Source: Caecitellus pseudoparvulus
Lineage: Eukaryota > Protista > Bigyra: Bicosoecida
Direction of reading: 5' to 3'
Length of the DNA: 64,000 bases
Assembly (NCBI GenBank): GCA_965644315.1
Contig: CBFFRQ010000050.1
Location: forward strand, 62,001-126,000
A model generated the notes under the pieces. The model searched no databases. It was not told where the DNA came from and worked only from the letters and a program-made list of their open reading frames with translations. The translations under genes and the position numbers were made by a program. This document shows, piece after piece, positions 10,701 through 20,600 of this stretch (position 1 is its first letter; each line of letters starts with the position of its first letter).

Positions 10701-13700
10701 TCGAAGTACCCGAACTCAAGGTCGTGCCTTCCCCACGCCATCACCCCCCCACTCTCGGTCACAATGCATACACTGTACTCTCCGGCATCTAATCCCAGTA
10801 CTTTTTCTCCGATAGGCACTTTGCTTGCACTCGGCAAGGGAACATCGTTCGCAGCTTTCGCTGCAAGCGAGCCACACTCCCCACCGCCACAGGAGCCCCA
10901 GCAGTACAAATCTCCGTCTGCTTGGAGGAAGCAGCCTGTCCGGCGGCTGATGGTCACAGCAACAACAGGTGATGGCCTCGAAATCGGCGCGAGACTCGAG
11001 ATGGGGTCCGCCGTGGAAAGGCTGCTTCCGATTGTGCCCGAGGCGTGGACCTTGTCTGCGCGACCAAGCAGGAAATCGTCATTCCGCCCCCAACACAACA
11101 GCTCCCCGGCCACTGAAATCGCGCAAGAGTTGATCCGGCCAGCAAACACAGCAACGGCGGGCATGCCAAGGTCTAAGGGCCCAACAGATGCGGGTGTCTC
11201 ATCGTCGCCCACGTTGAAGTTGAAACCCGTCCTTGCATGCCAGTTGCGACCCCAGCACCTGACTCTCGCATGCACGTCCACACCACAAATATGCAACAAG
11301 CCTGCAGAAAGCGAGACGAGATCAGCACCAACATCGACGTCTCCAACCTCAGTCAAAGGTTTGTCATAACGCGAAATCTCATCGGTGTGCCCGTACCCGC
11401 ATTCTCCTGAGTTCTGCTTGCCTGAGCACCGCACCTTGCCAGACGACGTTAAGAAGGCTGAAAAAGTACTTCCTAGAGCGATCCCACTGACTCTGTCGCC
11501 GATGATGGACGAGTCAGCATAGAAGGCCGGTTCGGACCTGCCCAAAGCAGCAAAGCGAACTATTCCAGCCGAACCGTCTGAGCCCCGGCCCCAGCACAGA
11601 ACAGCACCGTCGATGCGCACGGCGCAAGAAAGATCTTGACCAACATCAACTTCGACAACACCTTGTGCCAACCAAGGGGCTCTCGTCAGGCTTGCAGGTA
11701 CACTGCGTCGCGCGACAGCTGAAGGCGGCGCGCAGGATGTCACCACCTGGTCCACAACGGAACAGTCAGCAACACACTCATCAACAGTTGCTTCCAGAGA
11801 TATTGCCCCCACGCGTTCCCAAGGGACTGAGGCTGTCCGATCTGCGATGGCTTCGCCTCGTGACGAGCGTCCGCCAACGCCCCAGCACTCAATGCGGCCA
11901 GAAGCAGACAGAGCACAGCCACTCTTGTGCGCCGCCGCAAAGTCTGTGAAAAAGCTGTCTGATGAAATGGGCACCACTGCAGGCATGTCAACCCGCATAG
12001 TGTCGTGCCGTATCCCAAGCCGACGGGACCGCGGAGTCCCCATACACCGAACCTGCCCTGACACTCCAAGAACACACCAATTCTCCCGTGAAACGTCAAC
12101 TTTGACCATCGGCTCTGGCATGATGAACTGGAAGGGGTCGATTTCTGCCCCCGGTGGCGAGTCTTGCCCAATGTCTGTGCCACGGAAAGGCTCTGGGTAG
12201 AAATTGCTGCCTCGATGTCCGAAGCACCCCACCGCTCCAGACAGAAAGAGAAGGCAAACGTTGCGCCTGTGAACCATAGTAGATACAGCAGCGACTTGAT
12301 TTGAGTTCCCCCCTAGATCAACTGGAGATAAAGCGCTGACAGGCTCGTGCCTTCCAAGCTCAGCATCCGTGTCAATGCCTGCGCCGATTCCTCCATCGCG
12401 GTTCCAGCCCCAGCAGAGGAGAGTGTGCTGGATCGTGACAGCACATCTTCCCTCTGAGAGTGAAGCGAAGTCAATTATGGTTGCGTTGGTTGGAATAAGG
12501 GACAAGGTGTCGGTATTCAGGACGTCCCGCGGCGAATCAGAGCCGAAGCCGAACCACCCCGAGGATCTCGTGTTCTGCCCGAAGCAGAATAGGTTCTCAC
12601 CAGGGCGGCCGGTCACCACGCAGGTTGAATGCCGACCACAAGCGACCTTGAGAACCTTTGGGTTCCCAAACTCCAGCTGAACTTCGGGAATGAGGTGAAG
12701 GTCGGATCTTATGTCAGTGCGGTCAGCACCTTGGCCCAAAGCAAGTTGCTCGCCCTCCCCCCAACATACGACGCGACCTGAATCAAACAAGGAACATACA
12801 TGTGTGAGTCCTGCCGAAACTTGAACGACCTTTCCTGCCAAAGGCACAAACCCTGCCTGAGCAGGGGTCACAGTTAGGCCAACACCGCCAACACCTGTGC
12901 CAAGCGTGTTATCCCGGTCCTGTCCCCAGCACTGGAGCTCACCCGTGTTGTAGATCGCACACACCATAATGAAGCCACTGCTGTACAGGCGAACTGGCCG
13001 CCTTGCGCACTGCGCGGAGCGGCGCCCCGCCTCAGGCCACAGACCCCACCCTCCCACGCCACCCACCACCTCGCCCACACCCACCACCTCCGCAAACGGC
13101 ACCAGACCCGCCCCACACACACCCGCCCCACACAAACCATCACGATCCACCCACGGTGATGTCTGGTTACCACCCACCACCACCCGCTGCCCCCGCACCC
13201 GGCTGATCACGCGGCTGTGCCGCAGCGCACCCTGATGCACGTACACACTCACGGTGGCGTTGGTCACGGGCGCTGCCCAGCCATCCTGCCACTGCGTTGC
13301 CTGGCCAGTACCCCCCAGCACGTCATACCAGTGCGACGGGTGCCCGCTCGCGAAGCCCGCGTGGAAGAACTCGCTGCTGTTGCGCCACCCGGCGCCATCC
13401 CACACCCACGGCTCAGCACGAACATGCGGCCCGGGCGAGGGCAGCCACGGAAACACCACCTCCACCCGCAGGGCCACATTGGCTGGACTGCTCAAGGTGG
13501 GACCAGGCCCCGCGTACATGCCTGGGGGCGGCGTGGTGGAGTTGTGGGGCAGGGCGGGCAAGCCATCTGGACCACCAGCTGCCAGGATGGCGTGCTTCCA
13601 GAGGGAGACGGTGTCGAGGGCGTCCCAGGGAATGTCGGCAAGCCACCACCATGAGGCAGTGTATGATGTGACTGAGGAGTTGGTGCCACGCTGGGCTGGA

Positions 13701-14017
13701 GGCCACAAGCGAGTGGAGTAGTTCTTGTGTGCCTGGACTGAGAGGTTGCTTGCGACCTCAAGCTCTGGCTCCACGCCTTGAAACGATAGCTGACTGTCCC
13801 AGCGGAGAAAGCGCTCTTCCGCGGAAAACTGGACTTCCTCCAAGTACACACTGTATGTGCTGGAGCTGGTGGCGACAAGCATGCTCGGTGAAAGCGTGCA
13901 AGGCCCTGGCAATGCTGCTGACGTTGCCGGGAAGGACGGAGAGTGAAACTTCGCAGCAGCTTGCTGCGTAGGCATGCCAATGGCAAGAAGCAAAGCAAGA
14001 ACCAAGAACATCGCCAT
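4715..14017 (-). CDS. Giant RCC1-propeller / IPT-TIG / FN3-like / Cys-rich multi-TM receptor, paralog A
   Basis: 3143-aa ORF. Likely start 14017 (MAMFLVLALLLAIGMPTQQAAA signal peptide). Repeated RCC1 motifs (C.L...G.V.CWG), IPT motifs (G..FG...V.VGGV.C), CATGYEGPLCGNC, and a TM region with KLMLVHLQQ and GFLFSSFREERYYWEIV..RK typical of protist adhesion-GPCR-like/TRP_C-like proteins. Confidence 0.9.
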   Translation of the reverse strand: MAMFLVLALLLAIGMPTQQAAAKFHSPSFPATSAALPGPCTLSPSMLVATSSSTYSVYLEEVQFSAEERFLRWDSQLSFQGVEPELEVASNLSVQAHKNYSTRLWPPAQRGTNSSVTSYTASWWWLADIPWDALDTVSLWKHAILAAGGPDGLPALPHNSTTPPPGMYAGPGPTLSSPANVALRVEVVFPWLPSPGPHVRAEPWVWDGAGWRNSSEFFHAGFASGHPSHWYDVLGGTGQATQWQDGWAAPVTNATVSVYVHQGALRHSRVISRVRGQRVVVGGNQTSPWVDRDGLCGAGVCGAGLVPFAEVVGVGEVVGGVGGWGLWPEAGRRSAQCARRPVRLYSSGFIMVCAIYNTGELQCWGQDRDNTLGTGVGGVGLTVTPAQAGFVPLAGKVVQVSAGLTHVCSLFDSGRVVCWGEGEQLALGQGADRTDIRSDLHLIPEVQLEFGNPKVLKVACGRHSTCVVTGRPGENLFCFGQNTRSSGWFGFGSDSPRDVLNTDTLSLIPTNATIIDFASLSEGRCAVTIQHTLLCWGWNRDGGIGAGIDTDAELGRHEPVSALSPVDLGGNSNQVAAVSTMVHRRNVCLLFLSGAVGCFGHRGSNFYPEPFRGTDIGQDSPPGAEIDPFQFIMPEPMVKVDVSRENWCVLGVSGQVRCMGTPRSRRLGIRHDTMRVDMPAVVPISSDSFFTDFAAAHKSGCALSASGRIECWGVGGRSSRGEAIADRTASVPWERVGAISLEATVDECVADCSVVDQVVTSCAPPSAVARRSVPASLTRAPWLAQGVVEVDVGQDLSCAVRIDGAVLCWGRGSDGSAGIVRFAALGRSEPAFYADSSIIGDRVSGIALGSTFSAFLTSSGKVRCSGKQNSGECGYGHTDEISRYDKPLTEVGDVDVGADLVSLSAGLLHICGVDVHARVRCWGRNWHARTGFNFNVGDDETPASVGPLDLGMPAVAVFAGRINSCAISVAGELLCWGRNDDFLLGRADKVHASGTIGSSLSTADPISSLAPISRPSPVVAVTISRRTGCFLQADGDLYCWGSCGGGECGSLAAKAANDVPLPSASKVPIGEKVLGLDAGEYSVCIVTESGGVMAWGRHDLEFGYFETGVKIGHTHDPVDAGPVQLPAPALQVKCRDSHLCALLETGEVVCWGRASWGLGTGFTDRLGVDLAIGNHSVALHRNILQMARSSTVRAFSPEFTFHGVAPVMSPITHLNCYDCSFLSTISIPRWLAKRVHHSFVSTVPYIPFSFGSACEAASLDTLEAGPWSDTCVWPEEGSPAAADDVLLRVTSVTGPGGASLSPQGSSFMSFTGTFWALELFNNGSNLVTIDGGVCAFPLIEKAATQLSCSIPPLSNSTHSAFPLRIHHTIPTLPNPWTSSTTFRYRAPTLLALVPESGMSIFGGTVALQGADFGLPRDNATGTGLVAEVGIAVLVDGVEGLCAGLSHVSTSSASCSLPPGYGSRTLRVRVADQVSNAVQLRYATPALTSVDPSFIVLSPAAGMVNASVTLHGSALGRSAGDVAVWVGGVACPQVVWVSGAEVRCEGLDTASLPPSTVQVGVSVEVAGAVAELPASVRLFGSMQVFTVAGVPVPVGGGTVSMDGLNFGRAEGQWGAGAAGDITAVTVGGVACTSVRAISSTRASCTVPAGVGSLSPVVVHRDGGWNASLASAALEYAAGNVTGVSPVYLLRAVGGAALVPRVSLFGADFGSIAAPTADGAITGSIAGLPCASWAYVSPEQVDCVGLNSSQLQADARAEVLVSVAGAPYSTRTATVHVFGQPVVFGVQPSTVPVYGARVQLVGDGFGRADGQYGAPRSGDILGIALGPDSLPCTDIQVLSDTRLECDVPSGTGLLSPVTLQRAGGWSVQYVDAALQYAAARVQSISPRYVLAPASASAVLDVALLGEGFGVSFAAGPVGAMQGSVGGVPCGHVEYVNDTLVWCRGVALGNVSLDSRAEVQLVVSGVQAVTGLQLRVYGHPGVSSALPSLISAAGGTTVQIFGSGFGEAQGDVIGVALGAAACTNVVLVSATRLRCQAPSLQDSLSDADRVVVRVTTAVGLVGVSPPGVVSYVEPAVFLVRPSNLLHSPPGFGNTYNITVVGLALGDPALPSPGRMLLAGSNCVALQGTLTLAPDARQMICTGVQAALLPREVGAASEASRVVAITNEGLSVPSQLGELRIMGPPAVSSISPGKARAGDTLSLAGRNFGWAAEEVTGVWVGPVQVPAADVSWAGPISLSVRVPAPLSEAVQDIAGLPVRVETAGGWRSESAPENTFAYDKDPLPPVTAPVELCGFRDATDGIARVEFSWADDEITLSFPVQEWVVQFTTQPWFDGVVGASDVQTRILRNVESDDVVYAATTSVACGRAGSGGNSTSQARALQSSSGGQRLIVRVLNTPSQPFWMRVYGVTDAQRRNATSGPVSHVIGPVYAKCDRDEYLATQHAARGEWAQAVCKKCPEGAVCGGDTWEALSNVRGYFRVPWSPDGLHFERCRLDEACPSGAAVFMDTRGGNSTVPRGAFSSASTAAIHQECATGYEGPLCGNCEFGFSPQVDGLCVPCGPIHLVRLAFVGGFFTGVLMISFLIRTALRSRGATTKPHVALAKLMLVHLQQVALASAFPMQWPASLEAMFALFDASSNVGEALLSIDCLGYDLTSTFLGNGIVQLLLPIAAVFMVVIVWTLAEGARIALWYGGSARPDDPLVAVNGYAPKAAAHLKSAEQRIIVSPTAGRPVGEAAEGAFDDARLAGVAANPMFHTSEDKALLEAARQAAATPKVVTDAPTPSSQPKRLHGVCLDPAEQAAEGKAATPTVAEQARPITSRARANRMGSLARSKRSVKPSHAPGSVLTAKPVIMTPWKCFKVSIIVVFFVFQLSLTRTALSMFTCTTVSGRSMLVGDLQFDCDDSSNHGWMYGVGIAALVVYGFGVSGATGTALFCSRHRLREPETRAVLGFLFSSFREERYYWEIVVQMRKVGLAFVGVLLRPSGIGVQTTAGTTLMVIASLLHNAALPYRSHVLNHFENASIVVTMVTLNGGSTLIDPDSTPAAKAFVTVLIFALNILFVGALSAALFRLLCGDLGTQVTVRRAFRNIGAKGRRRTRFDSDSD
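4754..9913. repeat. Outer inverted-repeat arm (5,160 bp), partner 18769-23928
   Basis: Both end pairs give the coordinate sum 28682, so there is no net indel. The encoded 1720 aa (IPTLPNPW...RNIGAK) differ at only about 15 residues between A and B. Confidence 0.95.
13007..13672. repeat. Inner inverted-repeat arm (666 bp), partner 14962-15627
   Basis: Encodes VTSYTASWWW...EAGRRSAQC in both A and B, with one residue difference seen (Q/H). Coordinate sum is 28634 at both ends. Confidence 0.95.
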
Positions 14018-14625
14018 GTCTCTTCGGCCCCTGGACTGCTGCCCCACCAGCAAGGGCACACGGCGAAGCCTTGAGCCACCCACGGGAGCAGCGGAAGGGA
14101 AGCTCACCGGAGCTGATGCAACACACGGCCAAGGCCCGGCATTCAATGCGCGCCAAACTCGAATTGCACGCCCAGAGGCAGCTGAACGAGCAAATAATTC
14201 ACGCTACGTTTGGTCTTTCCGTGGCGTCCCCGAGTCTGCAGGGGGTGGCGCCGCTTTTTGCAGAGTGCTCAGCAACCTGTGGCGCTCCCTCACGCACCCC
14301 CCCTCGAGCTGAGCCTGAGCCCCCCTCCAAGTGTGTGCCAGCCTTCCGCTCTTTCCGGGCACTGGAAAAAGTGAAACAAGCCCAGTCGCGCATCCCTCCG
14401 AGCGAGGTACCTTGGGGACGCAACGATATATTGTACACATACTTGCTACCACCTCTGCAAGAGTCCCCACGAAACCCAACCTCGCTTGAGCTGCTCATTG
14501 AGAACCCGAAATCGAGAGCCGTGCTGCGCGGCAGCTCGCTGGGCGAACGTTCCATTGACGGACCCTGGCCAGGCTCCGCTCTGGGGATCAGTTGGAGAGC
14601 AAGGGGGCCATTGCTTGATTTTCAT
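14018..14625. promoter_or_regulatory. Putative bidirectional promoter between divergent receptor genes A and B
   Basis: ~608-bp unique spacer between the two inferred signal-peptide start codons. Positional inference only. Confidence 0.5.
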
Positions 14626-17600
14626 ATGCGACCAGCCTTCGTTTTCGGGCTGGCGCTCTTGCTGGCGTGCTCGCCATGTCGAGGGAGCTACCAGGCACTG
14701 CACTTGCGACGCTCGCACCCGCCTTCAACTGCAGTGAGGCTCCCTTGCGGCGTTCGCGTTGCTGAGAGGACAGACGGGCTTCAAGTGGACTTGGAAGAGG
14801 CAACCTTTAGGTCAGAGCCGCGCCTCCTGCGCTGGGACTTCCAACTCAGCGCCCGAGGAGTTCCTGAGCACCTCGTCGCAGTGGCCAGCCGTGCCAGCAC
14901 CAACTTTGCGAACAACGCATCGCTCCGCACGCCACCAGTGGAGCTTGGGGATGCGACAAACGTCACATCATACACTGCCTCATGGTGGTGGCTTGCCGAC
15001 ATTCCCTGGGACGCCCTCGACACCGTCTCCCTCTGGAAGCACGCCATCCTGGCAGCTGGTGGTCCAGATGGCTTGCCCGCCCTGCCCCACAACTCCACCA
15101 CGCCGCCCCCAGGCATGTACGCGGGGCCTGGTCCCACCTTGAGCAGTCCCGCCAATGTGGCCCTGCGGGTGGAGGTGGTGTTTCCGTGGCTGCCCTCGCC
15201 CGGGCCGCATGTTCGTGCTGAGCCGTGGGTGTGGGACGGCGCCGGGTGGCGCAACAGCAGCGAGTTCTTCCACGCGGGCTTCGCGAGCGGGCACCCGTCG
15301 CACTGGTACGACGTGCTGGGGGGCACTGGCCAGGCAACGCAGTGGCAGGATGGCTGGGCAGCGCCCGTGACCAACGCCACTGTGAGTGTGTACGTGCACC
15401 ATGGCGCGCTGCGGCACAGCCGCGTGATCAGCCGGGTGCGGGGGCAGCGGGTGGTGGTGGGTGGTAACCAGACATCACCGTGGGTGGATCGTGATGGTTT
15501 GTGTGGGGCGGGTGTGTGTGGGGCGGGTCTGGTGCCGTTTGCAGAGGTGGTGGGTGTGGGCGAGGTGGTGGGTGGCGTGGGAGGGTGGGGTCTGTGGCCT
15601 GAGGCGGGGCGCCGATCCGCACAGTGCAGTGAGCGAGTGGTGATGATTCGCGCAACGTCTTTGCATACATGTGCTCTCAGTAACCAGCATCGGCTCTGGT
15701 GCTGGGGCTACGGCTCGCACGGTATGCTCGGGTACGGAAGTGATGCTGGCGTCGGGGTGTCGGACGATGTGGCGGCTGCTGGTCCAGTCCCGGTTGGGGG
15801 AGCAGTTGCTAGCGTGTTTTTGGGTCCATACACATCTTGTGTTGTTCTCTCGTCAGGGCGTGCCAAGTGCTGGGGGTATGGCGCGCACATGCAGCTTGGA
15901 CAAGGCACATACGCCCAGTCAATTGGCGTGACTGACCTTCCATCTGACTGGCCGCCAATCGAGCTCCCGCACGGCAATCCCCAGGTTTTTGCGGGCGCAG
16001 CAGCGTACATTTCAACGTGTCTCCTTACAGTGCGGCCTGGCAACAACCTCTTCTGCTTTGGCCATAGCACGTCATCTTGGGGCTTCATCGGCACTTTTCC
16101 AGACACGTCCGCGTACATCCCCAACACGTCAAATAGCAGTCTTGTTGACACAGGTGGAGTTTCGGTCGTCGACTTTGGCATTGGCCCGCGGCATCGATGT
16201 GCAGTGTTGGCTTCCGGGCACTTGCGGTGCTGGGGGGATAACTTGCATGGAGCTGCTGGACTTGGTCTTGGGGAAAGCGCTGTCATTGGCGACGATGAGA
16301 GCATCCTCAGCGTTCCAGTGGTTGATTTGGGAAGCTACTCTGACAGAGTCGTTGCCGTGTCCATTGAGCCGCAAGAGTACCTGACGTGTGTTACGTACGA
16401 CGACGGGAACTTTGCTTGCTGGGGGGCTTCCATCACTCTTGGCGGCCATGCACGCATGCCACAGGGGTTTGCAGGAATTGGTGATGACGAAACACCTGGA
16501 AATGCGTCAGATCCGTTTGTCTTTCCGTCCCAGTTGCCCATGGCGCGTGCGATTGCCGGGCGCTATCGCTGGTGCGGACTGTTCAGCAATGGGCAGCTGA
16601 AGTGCTCTGGAATCCAGCACGGGTTCTACGACGGGCACCGAGACGGGATTGGATCAGCATCTGCAAGCCCGGACAGTTTGGTACCAGTGGCGACGGATGA
16701 CTTTGTTGTGGATGCAGCATTGAATGCCTGGGGCGGATGCATCCTCACAGCAACGGGGAGTGTGGACTGCTATGGGTCCATTGCCGAGGCGGCAGGTGTG
16801 AACGTAAAATCATTTGTTCCGCAGGCGGCTTGGTACTACTCTGGCTCGGTCGTTTTGGATGTAAACATGTCCCAGTGCACCGCACGCTGTCTGACAGAGG
16901 AGGGCATCGTTCGCGACTGCCTCGTCGATTCAAACACTGCGAGGCTGTCGCAAGCAGTGGCTGTCTCCGAGGCCTCCCTTGCGCTGCAAGCAGCAACGCA
17001 ACAGGCAGTGGTGGACGTTTCGCTTTCCGTGATTGCAGCCTGTGCGGTGCTCATTTCTGGCGATGTCAAGTGCTGGGGGACCTATGCGGCCGGGCAAGGC
17101 GCGATTCCTGCCGCCGTCAACTTGCAGCAAACTGAGCCAGTGTACACGGGTAGCTTCGGACAAACTGGGGGCCGCACAGTCGCAGCTGCCGGAGGCTTCT
17201 ACTCCATGTGCTTCCTGCTTTCAACAGGTGGCCTTCGGTGTGGGGGGCTGGATCTGCTTGGCTCATCTGGCTATGGTGGTGGAATCGTGTACTACAGCCA
17301 CCTTGGGCCATCTCTTGCCGAAGCGGGGGACATTGATGTCGGTGAGCCCCTGCTGTCAGTGTCGTCAGCATTTTATACACGGTGTGGCATCACGGTCAGC
17401 CGACAAGTGCGGTGTTGGGGCTACGGCTTTTATGGCAGTTTGGGACTTCCTGGTGTGACTATCTCTGGCTACCTCACTCCGCCCTCATCCACTCCAAGTG
17501 TGAGCACTGGCATCCCTGATCCAGTGCACATATCTTGCCAGCACGCGACTTGTGCGGTCATTTCCAGCAGAGGTACGTTCCGTGTTTGGGGGTACAATGG

Positions 17601-20600
17601 AGGTTTCCTGTTGGGAACCTCTCAAGGCACTGTGACCGGCCCCGGTATTTCAGGACCCATGCTGGGAAACAACGAACACCCCCACTTGGCTCCTGAAGTC
17701 AGCTTGAGCCACCCGGTCCTCGACATACAAGTAGGCGTGAATGTCATGTGTGCCCTAGTCTCAAACGGGTCAGTTGTTTGTTGGGGGGTCTGTGGCGCGG
17801 GAAATTGCGGAGTGCCCGGCCGCACCGGCGCACAGGCGCTGCCAAGCATGCCGTTTGTGGATATTGGGGAGGCAGCGATTAGTGTGGCCGTCGGCGATGC
17901 CAAAGCTTGTGCTGTAGGGGTGTCGGGAGCTGTGTTTTGCTGGGGATCACCGTCAGCAGTGCTGGGTTATGGCGACCAGGAGAAGGTCGGCGGCTCGGTG
18001 CATCCGTCCACGAAAGGTGGGTTGGACTTGGGGGGTGCGAGCGCAGTCAGTGTGCACATGTACTCCAGAACTCGAACCACTTGTGCTAGGCTGAAAGACG
18101 GCGGTGTCGCATGCTGGGGTCCATCTTCCCCTGCTCTTGGCTCTGGGAAGAGTGGGCCAGTCGGAGCAAGTGCCCCAGTCGGTCTGACCCGCGTGCTTCC
18201 CCTGCGAAACGAGCTGCAGATTGCGAGGTACACCGATGTCCGAGCCTTCTCACCTAAGTTCTCCCTGAGCGGGGTCCCAGAACTGATGCCAGCGATCGCC
18301 CGATTGCGGTGCCAAGACTGCGATGGGCTACGCTTTCACGCGATACCCGCCTGGCTGCAAGATCTCATGCATCCTTCCATGGCAGTTGACTTGTTGTACG
18401 CTCCATACTTTCAGGGTGCGGCGTGCATCCGGCTGGGCTTGACAACAAAGCGAGTCGGCCCATGGTCTTCAGCGTGCACATGGCCTGAGGCAGAAAGCAG
18501 TGCAGCTGCTGACGGAACATTGCTTAACCTGACAGATGTCTCTGCTGGACTGCTGCCTGGCTTGCCAGCCGCGGGAGCTGGCTTTGTGACGGTGCACGGT
18601 ACATTCTGGGCCTTGGGTCTCTTTGACAAAGAGCAGACGGCTTTGTTTATTGGACAACACGAATGTTCAAGCTTGGTAATTTTTCCAGGGGCTCGAACCT
18701 TGGGGTGCACGCTTCCACCCCTAAGCAATGCCACCAGCTCTTTTGCTCAAGCGACCGTGTACCACAGTATCCCTACCCTGCCCAACCCCTGGACCTCCTC
18801 CACTACCTTCCGATACCGAGCACCAACTTTGCTGGCCCTGGTCCCTGAAAGCGGCATGAGCATCTTCGGCGGCACCGTGGCTCTCCAAGGCGCTGACTTT
18901 GGCCTGCCACACGACAATGCCACAGGCACTGGCCTTGTTGCTGAGGTGGGCATCGCTGTGCTGGTGGATGGTGTGGAGGGGCTGTGCGCTGGGTTGTCAC
19001 ACGTGAGCACTTCCTCTGCTTCCTGCAGTCTGCCGCCCGGGTACGGCTCCCGCACTCTGCGTGTGCGGGTGGCGGACCAGGTCAGCAATGCTGTGCAGCT
19101 GCGGTACGCGACGCCCGCGCTGACGTCGGTGGACCCAAGCTTCATCGTGCTGTCCCCTGCTGCGGGCATGGTGAATGCCAGCGTGACGCTGCACGGCTCG
19201 GCTCTGGGTCGAAGCGCCGGGGATGTGGCGGTGTGGGTCGGAGGTGTGGCTTGTCCGCAGGTCATGTGGGTGTCTGGTGCGGAGGTGCGGTGTGAGGGCC
19301 TGGACACCGCCTCCTTACCGCCCAGCACCGTGCAGGTGGGGGTGTCAGTGGAGGTGGCAGGCGCAGTAGCAGAGTTGCCTGCGTCCGTGCGCCTGTTCGG
19401 CAGCATGCAGGTGTTCACTGTGGCAGGGGTGCCTGTGCCAGTGGGAGGCGGCACTGTGTCCATGGATGGCCTGAACTTTGGCCGTGCAGAGGGGCAGTGG
19501 GGGGCTGGAGCTGCTGGGGACATCGCCGCTGTGACGGTGGGTGGGGTGGCGTGCACTGGTGTGCGGGCCATCTCCTCCACCCGCGCTTCTTGCACTGTGC
19601 CTGCTGGTGTGGGCAGTCTGTCGCCTGTCGTCGTGCATCGTGACGGTGGTTGGAACGCCAGCTTGGCCAGTGCGGCGCTGGAGTATGCTGCTGGGAATGT
19701 GACGGGTGTGTCGCCGGTGTATCTGCTTCGCGCTGTGGGGGGGGCGGCCTTGGTGCCCCGCGTGTCTCTGTTCGGGGCAGACTTCGGGTCCATCGCTGCG
19801 CCGACGGCAAATGCGGCCATCACAGGCTCCATTGCTGGCTTGCCCTGTGCATCATGGGCGTACGTCTCGCCTGAGCAAGTGGACTGTGTCGGCTTGAACA
19901 GCAGCCAGCTCCAGGCAGATGCGCGTGCTGAGGTGCTGGTGAGTGTGGCAGGCGCGCCATACAGCACCCGCACTGCGACGGTGCACGTGTTCGGGCAGCC
20001 TGTGGTGTTCAGCGTGCAGCCCAGCACCGTCCCAGTGCACGGTGCCCGTGTGCAGCTGGTGGGGGATGGCTTCGGGCGTGCTGATGGGCAGTACGGCGCC
20101 CCACGCTCAGGGGACATCCTGGGCATCGCCCTGGGGCCTGACTCCCTGCCCTGCACCGACATCCAGGTGCTGTCCGACACGCGGCTGGAGTGCGACGTGC
20201 CCAGTGGGACGGGGCTGCTGAGTCCTGTGACCCTGCAGCGTGCGGGGGGGTGGAGTGTGCAGTATGTGGACGCTGCGTTGCAGTATGCGGCGGCTCGTGT
20301 GCAGTCCATCTCGCCGCGGTACGTGTTGGCGCCTGCATCTGCGAGTGCTGTGCTGGATGTGGCGTTGTTGGGTGAGGGGTTTGGTGTGTCGTTTGCGGCG
20401 GGTCCTGTGGGGGCCATGCAGGGCAGCGTGGGTGGGGTGCCGTGTGGGCATGTCGAGTACGTGAACGACACGGTGGTGTGGTGTCGGGGTGTGGCGTTGG
20501 GGAATGTGAGTCTGGACAGTCGTGCGGAGGTGCAGCTGGTGGTGTCGGGCGTGCAGGCTGTGACTGGCCTGCAACTGCGTGTGTACGGACACCCGGGCGT

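Noticed and set aside
14071-14625. 185-aa N-terminal extension of gene B (and 43 aa of gene A)
   Set aside because: These start at non-ATG codons and overlap each other. The downstream ATGs give signal peptides comparable to the start of gene C.
9914-18768. Diversity-generating retroelement
   Set aside because: No reverse transcriptase is present, and the divergence spans 3 kb with indels rather than being adenine-specific over a short TR/VR.
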